Source: Candidatus Cloacimonadales bacterium (GTDB lineage Bacteria; Cloacimonadota; Cloacimonadia; Cloacimonadales; JAIOQZ01). Taken from it: a stretch of DNA of 64,000 bases. Both the position numbers and the translations under genes were made by a program. The stretch is from NCBI GenBank assembly GCA_963674825.1, contig OY771587.1:1312001-1376000 (forward strand). Reading direction: 5' to 3'. This document shows, one piece after another, positions 34,035-44,602 of this stretch (position 1 is the stretch's first letter; the number at the start of each line of letters is the position of its first letter). The notes below the pieces were generated by a model. It was given only the letters and a program-made list of their open reading frames with translations, did no database searches and was not told the DNA's origin.

Positions 34035-37000
34035 TTATTTCAGCAGGATCATCTTCTTGGTAGCTGTGTAGCGGCCGCTCTTCATCTTGTAGAAGAAGAT
34101 ACCACTACCAACGCTGCGGTTGGTGTCGTCCGTACCATTCCATACAACCTGGTGGTTACCGGCATCGTACTTGTCGTTGACCAGGGTTTTAACCTTCTGA
34201 CCCTTGACGTTGTAGATTTCGATGGTGACCTTTTCTGCTGTTGCCAGCGAGAAGTTGATCTTGGTTTCCGGGTTGAACGGGTTCGGGTAGTTGCCATTGA
34301 GGCCTGTGACATACTCATTAACCGTTCCACCGTTGGTACCAACGAATGGTCCAAGGATGAGCGGATCAGCTTCGCCAGTCGAGTAGACGGCGTAGATGTT
34401 GTATGTCCAGTTTCCGGACGGCATGTTCATATCGAAGTATTCAGTGTCTGACTGAAGTTCAACGATGGTGGTACCGTTACGGCTGATTCTGTAGCCGAGG
34501 AATGAGCGGTCGTTTGTGGCGACATCTTTCTGGGCTTTAGCAGCGTTACGGGTACCGGAGCCGAGCGTGATGGTTTCACGAGCTGCAGTGAGTTCGATAT
34601 CGTCGAGTTTCATCCAGTACATGTCGGTTACGTCGCAGTGGTTAAACGCGATGTAGACATTGTTTCCAGCGAAATCGCCGAGGTCCACGGTCACCTGATG
34701 CCAGTCACCATCAACAAGTGTACTTTCGTAGACGTCTTCGGTGAAATCATTCGGGCTTGCGCCACTGGTGGAGACGCGGACAACGTAGTGTTCTTGTGGC
34801 CAATCGGCATCCTGAGCTGCAACCCAGAAGCTGAGTGAGGAGTTAGCTCCGATCTCAACCTGCGGGGTGATCAGCCAGTTATCCGGAGAGAGTGCGCCAA
34901 CACCATTGATGTAAGAAGCGGAACCGATTGCGTAGTCGCTATCATGAGCGCCCATTTCGCTATCGACGATTTCCCATGAGTAGGTATCGCCGTCTTCATC
35001 AAGAACGGTCCAGCCGGTAGGAATTGCGCCATCTTCGAAGTTCTCGCTGAAGTCTTCACCGCCACCCTGGCCAGGAGCCATCCAGGTGAGGTAAATGTCG
35101 TTGCCATCAACCTGGCCGGAACCAGTAACAACAGAAATCAGTGTTTCTTCGAGTTCGATGTCGAATTCTTCACCATCGAGGTCTTCGACAACCACGTTGT
35201 TTTCATTATAAGTGTCATAGCCTGCAAGTTCGCAGTTCATGGTGTAGAGACCCAGCCATACAACCGGGAATGTCACCGTACCGCTTGCCGGAACGACAGC
35301 TTCGTAAACGTGATCTTCGTTTCCATCGATATTGGTAAGTGTAAGAACAGCACCCTGAGTTGACTCTTCCGTATTCGCGGTAACGTTGACCACAACGGTT
35401 GTGGTCATGCTACGCGGAATGATGTTTGAGTATGAGAAATCAGAGTAGTTGTTGTTCGTGTAGACGGCTCTGACGCCCCACTGATATTCACCTGAAGGAA
35501 GTCCATCCCAACCGGTATCGGTGTAGGTGGTATCGACAACAGGAGTGGTTGTCAGAAGTGTCCACTGGCTCGGATCGTTGATGTTTTCTGATTCGAAGCG
35601 ATAGACTTCGTAACCTTCGAGCGAACGATCGCGAGTAATGGAACTGTTGTTGTTGCTGGTGCCGAAGACAGCCGCTTCTTCGCGGGAAGCTTTGACAACC
35701 GAGCTACGAGTTTTGTTTGTATCCATGGTGAAGCCACCGATCCAGATCGGAGCTTCGGTTTGGATCTTCTTAGCACCCTGGTGGTTAGCAACAGTCTGGC
35801 TACGGTAGTTGATCTCGCCGTAATCGTATCCGTTTGCGCGGATTGAGAAGTTCAGCGGATAACCGTATTCTTCAGGATCGTGCCAGTCGTTGGTGCTAGC
35901 AGCGTTAGTAACAAGCTGGGTACCAGGGATGTACGGATAAGGATCGCCTGTTCCGTCATCGGTTCCGATACCGCAGAAGCCAGCAGGATAGTTCACTGCA
36001 ATGAAGAAGCCGTTCGGTGCATCGACCGGGCTCGGCAGTTCAAGCAGGTTCCATTCAAGATCTGTATTGGCAACGCCAGTCTGTGAGAAGAGTTCGTCTC
36101 CAGAATCCGGCATACCAGTTCCATCAAGACCGTAGATATAAATATCTACAGCAGTGTGAGGACCACCTTCTCCAGTCAGGTACCAGGTCACTTCTTCGAT
36201 GCGAGCATCGTGATAGTGACATGCACCAAGACGGACGTCATCGCCACCGCTACCGTAACCAAGCTGGCCGGTGATGGTACCGTCGTCATAACGGAATTCG
36301 GTCAGCGTGCCGGTTCCCGGGGTTCCCCAAGTCAGTTCGACTTCGGTCTGGTTGCTGTTTTCTTCAGCAATCACGTCGCCCGGTGCGGGGGTCTGTTCGA
36401 TCAGAGTAATGGTTCCCAGATCGATATCAGCGTCAGTCACAACGAGTTCAGTGGTATATGGTTCATAGAACACGCTTGTGCTTTCGTATGTGATCGTGAG
36501 AGTATAGGTCTGCATACCGTTGACATCGAGGAAACTGAAGTCACCATCAACGGTTGTAGATTCGAAGTAGAAGTCTTCATTTTCAAGGACTGCAACCGCA
36601 CCGTCGAGGCCGTTGTCAAGGTCATCGCTGGCGTTAACGTAACCGATTACGTTAAGCGGATAAACCTGAACGGTGATCGAAGTAGGATCGGAGTCGCCAG
36701 TTGTGAAGTTAGCGACGATATCATAGGTATAGACGCCATCAGCAAGGTCCATATCGACATACACGGTATCTGCCGGAGCAAGGGTATCGTCGATCATGGT
36801 GCCGTTACGATAAACGGTGTAGCCTTCGAGCGAGCGGTCGGTGCGGCTTGCATTGTTGCGAGTGAGGTGTGTACCTGCACTGCGATCCTGCGGAGTGCCA
36901 ACATAAACATCGTCGATGTACCAGCCAATGTAGTCGCTAACGGATGAGTCTGTACCGAAGTGCCAGCGGAACATAGCCATTTCACCGGAATAAGCTTCCA

Positions 37001-40000
37001 GGTCGAATGTAGCCTGTACCCAGCCGGAAGGACCGTCTGTGTATCCAGGTTCGCCGTTGAGACCGGTAATAGCATCGTCCGGATAATCGCCTACAGGATT
37101 GATAACGGTCCAGGTAGATCCACCGTCAACGGAGATCTTCACGTTACCGCCATCATATGAGTTCTCAGTGTCGTAGTAATGCCAGAAGGTCAGTACATTG
37201 TCGCCACCGATTGTGATTTCTGGTGAGTCGAGGGTGAGGCTCATGCTGTCATCATAGTTACCGTTAAGGATAGTACCCCAAACATTCGGTTCAGAGTGTG
37301 ATCCAGCGGTTGCATCTTCGCCCCACTGCCAGCCAGCAGTATTGTTGCTGACAAAGTCACCGTTGTCATTATCGAAGTCGTATTCCGTCGAAGCAGACGG
37401 TGTACGCCATTCAAGAGTTACGTCGTTACCAGTAACGGTTCCAGTGAGACCGTTGATGGGCGGTGTAAGCTCGGTAATGGTCACGTCGATGGTAGTCGGG
37501 CTTACGATTTCATAAACACCTGTGAACGGTTCGGAACCTTCAAGGGTTACGGTAAGTTCATAGGTGCCAAGCCAAACCATCGGGAAGTAAGCTGTAGTGT
37601 TACCTTCAGCAAGTTCGATTTCGTAAGCCGGGTGTACGCCATCGGGATCTGTTCCCTGGCAGTCCAGGCTGACGACTGTTCCGTCAAGCGGATCGCCAGT
37701 AGCGGAAATGACGTTGACGGTACAGGTTGTGTAGTAGTCCTTGGCAAGCCAGTCAGAAATCGCTGCGTCAGACATAACACCATTGGTGTATTGAGCTTTC
37801 ACTGCGTATTTGTAGATCGCCTGATCAGCATCTGCCCAGGTACCGTCGGTATAGGTAGTATCGGAAACAGCATCGTTGATCAGTACCCATTGATCTTCCA
37901 TATCTTCCTGTCCGAGAAGCAGGCGATAGACATAGAAGTTTTCAAGAAGGCGATCGGTTCTGTTGTTTTCATTTCTTACCCAACGAAGATGATCGTTGTC
38001 CTGCTGAAGTGCAAGACGATCTTCCGGCATACCGACGCGAACATCATCAATGAACCAGCCCGGGTAACCGTGGACGGATGTATCCGTACCAAAGTGCCAG
38101 CGGAACATGACTTCTTCGCCACTGTATGCGGCAAGTTCGAATGTTGCGAGAACCCAGCCAGAAGGTCCATCGGTGAAACCAGGTTCACCGGCAAGACCGG
38201 TAATGGCATCGTCCGGATAATCGCCAACAGGATTGATTACAGTCCAGTTCGCTCCACCGTCGATGGAGACCTTGATGTTACCGCCATCATATGAGTTTTC
38301 AGTATCATAATACTGCCAGAAGGTCAACTGATAATCTTCTGTAGCAACCATGATTTCCGGTGAATCCAGAGTCCAGCTTGCACTGTCGATATATTCGGCA
38401 TTAAGTGCTGTACCCCAAACATTCGGTTCGGAGTAGGAGCCGGCACCAGCGTCTTCGCCCCACTGCCAGCCAGCGGTGTCGTTGCTGACAAATTCGCCAT
38501 CGTCGGTGTCGAAGTTATAGAAGGTTTCGATGCTGCCTGACGGGGCGTTCCAGATCAGATAAGCTTCGGTACCATCATTGTTTTGTGTCGCAATCAGGCC
38601 GTACGGCGGGCTTGCGATTTCCGGCAGGATGATGTCGCCGAGATCGGTATCTGAACCGCCGACGATTGCTTCACCGACATAAATGTCGTAGCCTTCGACC
38701 ATTGCAGTGATCTGATAGGTATGGTTTGCCCATACACCTTCGATCGTGAAATAGCCGTTGGCATCGGTGAATCCCTGATATGTGTCATAACCGGTAATGT
38801 CGATCTGAACGTTCTCGAGACCAACATCCGGATAGTCGCTACCAACGCAACGACCGGTAAGGGTCACGTTTGGAAGCGGGTTGAGGTTGAAGTCGATATT
38901 AGCAGTAACTTCGCCTTCAACAACGTTTACGCCTTCGACGGTCACTTCATCGTATCCGAACAGATATGCGGAAACGTCGTAGGTACCTTCGGAGATATTC
39001 AGTTCATAGGTTCCATCCTGGTTCGGATGAACAATAAGGCCAGAAGCGGAGATTTCAACTTCGGTCATGACGCCGGGGCCACCGTTAAGAGTAACGGTAC
39101 CGGTGATGGTTCCGGGGTTGAGTTCACCTTCAAGAATCACATCATCAATGTACCAGTAGTTGATATTGAAGGAGTTTCCGCTAAGATAGAAACAGATCTG
39201 GAATGTTTCAGAACCAACGTCGGTGTTGTCGAGCGTAAGTTCGATTGTTTCCGGGCCAACGCTCTCGGTCGGAGCAATAGTCCAGACATCGTTCCAGGTT
39301 GTTCCATCGCTGGAGGTAGCCACGCCAAGCGTGTAACCCTCACCTGCATAGTCGTTGAGGTAGTGCTTGAATTCGAGATCAAGCGTTGCTGCGCCAGCGG
39401 TGTTGATTTCATAGGTGCAAAGACGGCCGATACCTTCAAAAGACGGCGACCAGTTAAGTATTCCTTCAGGAGCGATTCCACCAGCGTTATTGGTTTCGCT
39501 GATATTCCAGTTCGGTCCACCTATATCTTCGGTGTACCAGCCAGCCGGGAATTCGTTGAATTCTTCGTACAGCAGCATACCAGGTGTAGCGATAAGAGCT
39601 GCATTTGATGTAGCAGATCCACCTTCGCCGATAGCGTTGACGGTGGTAACCTGGTACATATAGGTACCGGTTGAGGTAATGGTTTCATCATCGAAAAGGG
39701 TGGCGGAGCCAGTTACATCGAACTCTGCGCCATCGTTACGAACGATGTGATATCCGTTTACCGCGTTATTGAAAGCGCCGCCATGGAGACCCGTGGTCGG
39801 GTTGGTCCAGGTAAGACGGCCAGAGAAATTGTTGTTGATAAGAGTCAGGTTGGTAACTGCTGCGGGAACGTCTTCGCCCACCCATGCGTTACCGTTGACA
39901 GGAAGACCTTCGCCGAAGGAGTTCACGCCAAGTACCTGATAGTTAAAGAGGCCGGAAGCGGTCATACCGGTATCGGTCCAGGATGCGTTTCCGCCGATGG

Positions 40001-41060
40001 TCGGGTTGTTGTCGGTATAGACAACTGTACCATTGCGAAGCACGCGAACTTCGGACAGTTCGGTAAGGGTTGCGCCGCTAACGTCGTGTGTCGGGTTGGT
40101 CCAGCCAATGACACAGGAAAGTGCGCCACCTGCATTCGGGGTGAGCACGAAGTTCGTCGGAGCTGCGGGAGCGCCGGGATCTGCGGGAACACTCGGAATT
40201 GCAAAGCCGGTAACTTCCATACCACCCGGGAATGCGCCAATCAGATCGGTCGTAGCATCAGCTACGTTGATGGTGCGAAGTTCGCCAGCGGTTGTGTAAG
40301 CTGCCCAGTACAGGGTATTGTCTTCGTGATCGAATTCCATATCCTGTGCGTAGTTGGCATTGACGTCGAGGGTAGCTACCAGGGTGGCCGAACCATCGGT
40401 TTTGTCAATAGTGAAAAGACCATCGGCAACGATATCGACAGCGTAGAGCTGACCATCGTTGTCACAAGCAAGCGTGATCGGCAACGTAGAAGTTGTGTTG
40501 GTACCGATCAGAGTAACTTCGTAAGTGTCCAGATCGATGGTGCAAAGCGCCATGTCTACGCTGCTTGATGTACATACAGCGTACATTTCCATTTCGGTAA
40601 AGTCGTAAGCTAAACCGGTCCAGGAACGTCCACCAGGTGCAGTAACCGTAGCGACTACGGTACGAGCACCGGTTTCGGTGTCGAGTGTGGCCAATTCGTT
40701 CGTACCATAGACGAGTCCCCACCAGGTTCCATTGATGTCAGTACTTGAATCAGCGATAAAGTCAACAGTACTCTGATCTTCAAGCTGCGTGATGGTTCCA
40801 GGTGTTTCCAGTTCGAACGTAATGGTTCCTTCGGGATATGTGCCTGATGGATCGTACGCATTGTACGCAAACGCAACATCCGTTCTGAAAATCTGTGGTA
40901 ATGTGGGTTGATTAGGGGTGCTGGGTGCAGTTGATCTTGGAGCCAATCCCATTGAGTGTTCAGGAGATACCTCAGGGTATTCCCTTACACCAGCAAACAG
41001 GGAAGCGCACAGAAAGATTCCAAGAATCAATAGAATCCACGCACGAGAACTTTGCTTCAT
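34035..41060 (-). CDS. Giant (about 2340 aa) T9SS-CTD surface protein: propeller-like N-terminus, FN3-like, carboxypeptidase-regulatory-like and cleaved-adhesin-like domains
   Basis: ATG 41060 after GAGGAGG; signal peptide; PDNWLITP/DDI adhesin motif; NYPNPFNPET...TKKMILLK. Confidence 0.85.
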   Translation of the reverse strand: MKQSSRAWILLILGIFLCASLFAGVREYPEVSPEHSMGLAPRSTAPSTPNQPTLPQIFRTDVAFAYNAYDPSGTYPEGTITFELETPGTITQLEDQSTVDFIADSSTDINGTWWGLVYGTNELATLDTETGARTVVATVTAPGGRSWTGLAYDFTEMEMYAVCTSSSVDMALCTIDLDTYEVTLIGTNTTSTLPITLACDNDGQLYAVDIVADGLFTIDKTDGSATLVATLDVNANYAQDMEFDHEDNTLYWAAYTTAGELRTINVADATTDLIGAFPGGMEVTGFAIPSVPADPGAPAAPTNFVLTPNAGGALSCVIGWTNPTHDVSGATLTELSEVRVLRNGTVVYTDNNPTIGGNASWTDTGMTASGLFNYQVLGVNSFGEGLPVNGNAWVGEDVPAAVTNLTLINNNFSGRLTWTNPTTGLHGGAFNNAVNGYHIVRNDGAEFDVTGSATLFDDETITSTGTYMYQVTTVNAIGEGGSATSNAALIATPGMLLYEEFNEFPAGWYTEDIGGPNWNISETNNAGGIAPEGILNWSPSFEGIGRLCTYEINTAGAATLDLEFKHYLNDYAGEGYTLGVATSSDGTTWNDVWTIAPTESVGPETIELTLDNTDVGSETFQICFYLSGNSFNINYWYIDDVILEGELNPGTITGTVTLNGGPGVMTEVEISASGLIVHPNQDGTYELNISEGTYDVSAYLFGYDEVTVEGVNVVEGEVTANIDFNLNPLPNVTLTGRCVGSDYPDVGLENVQIDITGYDTYQGFTDANGYFTIEGVWANHTYQITAMVEGYDIYVGEAIVGGSDTDLGDIILPEIASPPYGLIATQNNDGTEAYLIWNAPSGSIETFYNFDTDDGEFVSNDTAGWQWGEDAGAGSYSEPNVWGTALNAEYIDSASWTLDSPEIMVATEDYQLTFWQYYDTENSYDGGNIKVSIDGGANWTVINPVGDYPDDAITGLAGEPGFTDGPSGWVLATFELAAYSGEEVMFRWHFGTDTSVHGYPGWFIDDVRVGMPEDRLALQQDNDHLRWVRNENNRTDRLLENFYVYRLLLGQEDMEDQWVLINDAVSDTTYTDGTWADADQAIYKYAVKAQYTNGVMSDAAISDWLAKDYYTTCTVNVISATGDPLDGTVVSLDCQGTDPDGVHPAYEIELAEGNTTAYFPMVWLGTYELTVTLEGSEPFTGVYEIVSPTTIDVTITELTPPINGLTGTVTGNDVTLEWRTPSASTEYDFDNDNGDFVSNNTAGWQWGEDATAGSHSEPNVWGTILNGNYDDSMSLTLDSPEITIGGDNVLTFWHYYDTENSYDGGNVKISVDGGSTWTVINPVGDYPDDAITGLNGEPGYTDGPSGWVQATFDLEAYSGEMAMFRWHFGTDSSVSDYIGWYIDDVYVGTPQDRSAGTHLTRNNASRTDRSLEGYTVYRNGTMIDDTLAPADTVYVDMDLADGVYTYDIVANFTTGDSDPTSITVQVYPLNVIGYVNASDDLDNGLDGAVAVLENEDFYFESTTVDGDFSFLDVNGMQTYTLTITYESTSVFYEPYTTELVVTDADIDLGTITLIEQTPAPGDVIAEENSNQTEVELTWGTPGTGTLTEFRYDDGTITGQLGYGSGGDDVRLGACHYHDARIEEVTWYLTGEGGPHTAVDIYIYGLDGTGMPDSGDELFSQTGVANTDLEWNLLELPSPVDAPNGFFIAVNYPAGFCGIGTDDGTGDPYPYIPGTQLVTNAASTNDWHDPEEYGYPLNFSIRANGYDYGEINYRSQTVANHQGAKKIQTEAPIWIGGFTMDTNKTRSSVVKASREEAAVFGTSNNNSSITRDRSLEGYEVYRFESENINDPSQWTLLTTTPVVDTTYTDTGWDGLPSGEYQWGVRAVYTNNNYSDFSYSNIIPRSMTTTVVVNVTANTEESTQGAVLTLTNIDGNEDHVYEAVVPASGTVTFPVVWLGLYTMNCELAGYDTYNENNVVVEDLDGEEFDIELEETLISVVTGSGQVDGNDIYLTWMAPGQGGGEDFSENFEDGAIPTGWTVLDEDGDTYSWEIVDSEMGAHDSDYAIGSASYINGVGALSPDNWLITPQVEIGANSSLSFWVAAQDADWPQEHYVVRVSTSGASPNDFTEDVYESTLVDGDWHQVTVDLGDFAGNNVYIAFNHCDVTDMYWMKLDDIELTAARETITLGSGTRNAAKAQKDVATNDRSFLGYRISRNGTTIVELQSDTEYFDMNMPSGNWTYNIYAVYSTGEADPLILGPFVGTNGGTVNEYVTGLNGNYPNPFNPETKINFSLATAEKVTIEIYNVKGQKVKTLVNDKYDAGNHQVVWNGTDDTNRSVGSGIFFYKMKSGRYTATKKMILLK
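36897..38528 (-). repeat. Two copies of a jelly-roll-like domain of about 160 aa (about 38030-38528 and 36897-37390)
   Basis: Both copies share TAGWQWGEDA.AGS.SEPNVWGT, YYDTENSYDGGN and INPVGDYPDDAITGL. Confidence 0.9.
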
Positions 41061-41239
41061 AACTTCCTCCTCAGTGTAGTAGAAATATGTGTGAAACTTC
41101 TTCTTCATTCTTTAGAGACATTATTTCGTAAATTGAGCAGATGTGCGGGTGCACTGTCAATTTTTTTTTCGTTTTTTTTGTTTCATATTTTTAAAGTTAC
41201 GAATTTCACGCCCCACACAGTGTGGGAACCTCCCTACTT

Positions 41240-41542
41240 TCAGTCTGTTTCCTTCTCTTCCTCAAGAAAGAACCGATAGACTTCCTCACCCTTTTTTTGC
41301 ATGCCCAGCTTTTCTCTGGCGATTTTCTCGATCGCTTTAGGGTCGTTCTCAAGTTCCTGATTCAACGTTTCGAGTGAGTCCCGCTCAGTACGGTATTGTT
41401 CAATTTGACTACGAACTTTGTTAACCTCCATCCTAGTCCGGATCAGTCGATAAACACTTGAGCCATCAAGGAAAAATATGTAGACCAGTCCCAGTACAAT
41501 CGCAATGCGCAGAACCAGTCCGCCCTTCTTCTTTTTTGCCAT
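41240..41542 (-). CDS. ftsB: Septum formation initiator (FtsB/DivIC family)
   Basis: TM helix, coiled coil, IEKIAREKLGM.K.GE.VY. Confidence 0.88.
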   Translation of the reverse strand: MAKKKKGGLVLRIAIVLGLVYIFFLDGSSVYRLIRTRMEVNKVRSQIEQYRTERDSLETLNQELENDPKAIEKIAREKLGMQKKGEEVYRFFLEEEKETD

Positions 41543-41546
41543 CCTG

Positions 41547-42197
41547 TTATTCCATATAATTCATGGTAATGGTTTGTTTCTGTTGGAAATCATGCTCTTC
41601 CAGCACCAAAACGTTCGAATCCACCGTCCGATGGTTTCCGCTCATTTCGAGAAACGATTCGACGCCTTGAATCTCGAAACGCAGGTTGGGGGTCTTATAG
41701 TGCATGGGAAACACAATTGTTGGATTCAGTGCCTGAACCTGTTTCCATGCTTGTTGCGGATCAAGGGTAAACGTTCTGCCCACCGGCACAAACATCACAT
41801 CGATAGCGCCGACTTTCTGAATCGTATCTTTGTCGAGTAAGTGCCCCTGGTCACCGCAATGAAGGAATGTTCTGCCAAACATCTCGAATTTCATCAGGAG
41901 ATTCCTGCCACGCTTACTGCCAAGCTCGTCGTCGTGCCAGATGGGAATCATCTCGATGTTGATACCTTTTTCTGAATACCTGCCTTGCTGATTTATTTTC
42001 CTGAAATCGCCGTGGATTAAATCGAAATTGTTATGATCATGATGGCCGTGGCTGGACAGGACGATATCCGCAGTTTCTCCCTTGGGCATCGGATAGCCGA
42101 TATCCGAGAAGGGATCGGTGATAATCGAAACGCCGTTCGATTCCACCTTCCACATGCTGTGTCCAAACCACTGAATTCGGTAGTGCGCCATCTTCAT
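41547..42197 (-). CDS. MBL-fold metallo-hydrolase
   Basis: WFGHS, TDPF, SHGHHDH, HCGD, PMHY. Confidence 0.92.
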   Translation of the reverse strand: MKMAHYRIQWFGHSMWKVESNGVSIITDPFSDIGYPMPKGETADIVLSSHGHHDHNNFDLIHGDFRKINQQGRYSEKGINIEMIPIWHDDELGSKRGRNLLMKFEMFGRTFLHCGDQGHLLDKDTIQKVGAIDVMFVPVGRTFTLDPQQAWKQVQALNPTIVFPMHYKTPNLRFEIQGVESFLEMSGNHRTVDSNVLVLEEHDFQQKQTITMNYME

Positions 42198-43336
42198 TTC
42201 TCTCTTCGTAAAATCAGGTTCGCCACAAAAGTGCCTTTGATCTCCATTGCATCATGAGGACAGAACTCATGACAGCATAGGCACTTAATACATTTACTGC
42301 GATCAATCACAGGTACATTTGCACCTTCGGGTAATGATATAGCTTTGACGGGACAGCTTTCAATACAAATCCTACACAACTTACAGTTTGACTTATAAGT
42401 GGGATAGTAGTCAACGATTTTTCGAAGTATTTTTCGAACATCTCCGGGCAAAGACCCAAGAAACCTGCTTCGCCAAAGCACACCACGGATATCCACTTTG
42501 CCGAAATCGAGCTGCTCATTTTGCGGAATCGTGTGAATTTGATCCGGATCAATGCCCTCGCGCACGAGCGCGTCATAAATATATCCTATTTGTCTCAGCT
42601 TGAATCCCATTGCTTCCAGTGCGAGTTTGTCCAATGAAGGTGCATTCTCCGATGCAAGCATCACATTGTATTTCCGGGGCTTGCCCGATGACGGGCCGGT
42701 CCCCTCCATTCCCAGGATGCCGTCCATGATGTTGAACAGGATCTTCTCTTTCAGTGCAAGATAGATCTCGGTAAGCAGATTCCCGAACTGCGGTGGCTTG
42801 GGAAATTCCCGGTGGAAATCGACTTTCTTCAGTCCCGGGATTACACCGTAGAGGTTTTTGACCGCACCGGTATAACGCATAAGGCTATGGGTTTTCAGCT
42901 TGCTGAGGTTAATGACCGCGTCCGCGTCGAACCACACCTTGGAGAAGATCAGCTCAGTAGTGGATCCGTCCGGAAACGTCACCATTCGTTTAACCGCACC
43001 GCTCTTTTCGAAGCTGACCGCCGTCGCACCGTATTTTTCCACAACCTCTCTCACGCCTGTACCGGAATAGACAAACTCACTGCTGACCGTTCCGCCGGAT
43101 GAATCCCCAATCCAGATGGTCTTTCCCTTCTCGTGCAACAGACGTGCTACCGCATTCATTACCTCGGGATGTGTTGTTACCGCTTTTTCTACAGCAAAGC
43201 GGCCGAGCAGGTTCGGTTTGAGCAAAAACGTCTGCTTTTCTGGATGCGCGTCCAGAACCGGCCCAAGTGTTCGCTTGACGAAATTGTAGATTCGCTCTGG
43301 ATCGTATGTATCAATCTTCTCTATGTAAACGTTCAT
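42194..43336 (-). CDS. DUF362 domain protein with C-terminal 2x4Fe-4S ferredoxin
   Basis: LKPNL, TTHPEV, KLKTH, GAVKNLYG; CKLCRICIESCP and CIKCLCCHEFCP. Confidence 0.9.
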   Translation of the reverse strand: MNVYIEKIDTYDPERIYNFVKRTLGPVLDAHPEKQTFLLKPNLLGRFAVEKAVTTHPEVMNAVARLLHEKGKTIWIGDSSGGTVSSEFVYSGTGVREVVEKYGATAVSFEKSGAVKRMVTFPDGSTTELIFSKVWFDADAVINLSKLKTHSLMRYTGAVKNLYGVIPGLKKVDFHREFPKPPQFGNLLTEIYLALKEKILFNIMDGILGMEGTGPSSGKPRKYNVMLASENAPSLDKLALEAMGFKLRQIGYIYDALVREGIDPDQIHTIPQNEQLDFGKVDIRGVLWRSRFLGSLPGDVRKILRKIVDYYPTYKSNCKLCRICIESCPVKAISLPEGANVPVIDRSKCIKCLCCHEFCPHDAMEIKGTFVANLILRREK

Positions 43337-44600
43337 ATTCTCCCTGCCTGTAGGCAATACTCAATGTTATTTGATACGGGACTTCAAGCTCCCGCTCTGG
43401 TATATCGTCAGTGCAAAACTCACCCTGAAGTGTGAAAATCCAGCTACTCAATCCCTGATAGGACACAGATGCACCATACTCGTATTGGTCGTACGTCTCC
43501 CCCTGAATACGGATATCGTGCTGCCACTCCGCGCCAAAGCCAAGATAAACGAACGGTACGATCAGATGCCCCCACGATACGGAAGCCTGGTGCGCCGGAT
43601 AAAATTCGAATCGCTCGTCATCTCTCCAGAGATACGTCAGCGAAAGCTGCTGCAAGTCGAAGCTGTATTCCATCTGATGCCGATCGACGGATTCATCGAG
43701 CTGCACGATTGTGTAGATATCATTTTGCCAGATCGCTTCATAACGCGAGTCCGTATGATGATAATTCCACATTATTCGATGCTTGGTTTCACCAAGACGA
43801 AATTCAAAACTGCAATCGATTCGGTCACAGACAATCGCTTCGTCGGTGTCTTCCGGTTTGTCAATAGATTCCCACTGCAACTCAAGCGGATCGAACCATT
43901 TTTGATACGGATAGATTTGCAGAAATCGACGGTAGTTTCCCGAAATAAGAAATCGATTCCCGGAATGCCACAGAAGTCCCAACCACGGGGCGGCCTTGTC
44001 ATCCGAATCGATAAACGCCCCAGCACGTAATCGCAGCGACTCACCACTATAAGCGGTACAGAGGCCTCCTACGTACGGACGATCACCGACATCTACGCCC
44101 TGGAAGCTTATCTGCAATCCATAGTCTCCGATAGGTACCAAATGATCAAACTCCCCAAGGAAAAACTTGTCTTCCACGCCTGTATAACCCGCGTCAAGCT
44201 CGGTTGAGCCTAAAACGGTGTCAAATGACATTTTTCCGCGCAAAGCAGTCCATGCAGGTTTATGAGCCCAGTTTTCCTTACGGTACGCGATGGTGTTTTG
44301 CATGAAACCGATACGGCTGTTGATCGAGTAAAGTCCATCACGATAGCACTCGGTAGTATAGAAGGTAAGAGTGGAATCCTGAAATCCGGCGTAGGTCGTC
44401 CACCATGATTCATTATATGCATTGGATAGCTCGATAACCATCGGTCTCTGGCGATCCGCATCCTCCGGCTGGAAGATTTCCAGCACGCTCAGGCGGCCAC
44501 CGATCAACTCGTCATATCGAAACGGCGGATCAGCGCCTTTGATGGCGTAAAAAGTCTGTATCGCGCAAATCAAGATGAGGCCGATCAGACATAGACGCAA
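43311..44600 (-). CDS. Hypothetical exported protein, possibly an outer-membrane barrel
   Basis: Signal-like N-terminus; aromatic-rich amphipathic strands; fills the gap in a co-directional gene run. Confidence 0.55.
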   Translation of the reverse strand: MRLCLIGLILICAIQTFYAIKGADPPFRYDELIGGRLSVLEIFQPEDADRQRPMVIELSNAYNESWWTTYAGFQDSTLTFYTTECYRDGLYSINSRIGFMQNTIAYRKENWAHKPAWTALRGKMSFDTVLGSTELDAGYTGVEDKFFLGEFDHLVPIGDYGLQISFQGVDVGDRPYVGGLCTAYSGESLRLRAGAFIDSDDKAAPWLGLLWHSGNRFLISGNYRRFLQIYPYQKWFDPLELQWESIDKPEDTDEAIVCDRIDCSFEFRLGETKHRIMWNYHHTDSRYEAIWQNDIYTIVQLDESVDRHQMEYSFDLQQLSLTYLWRDDERFEFYPAHQASVSWGHLIVPFVYLGFGAEWQHDIRIQGETYDQYEYGASVSYQGLSSWIFTLQGEFCTDDIPERELEVPYQITLSIAYRQGEYERLHRED

Positions 44601-44602
44601 TG

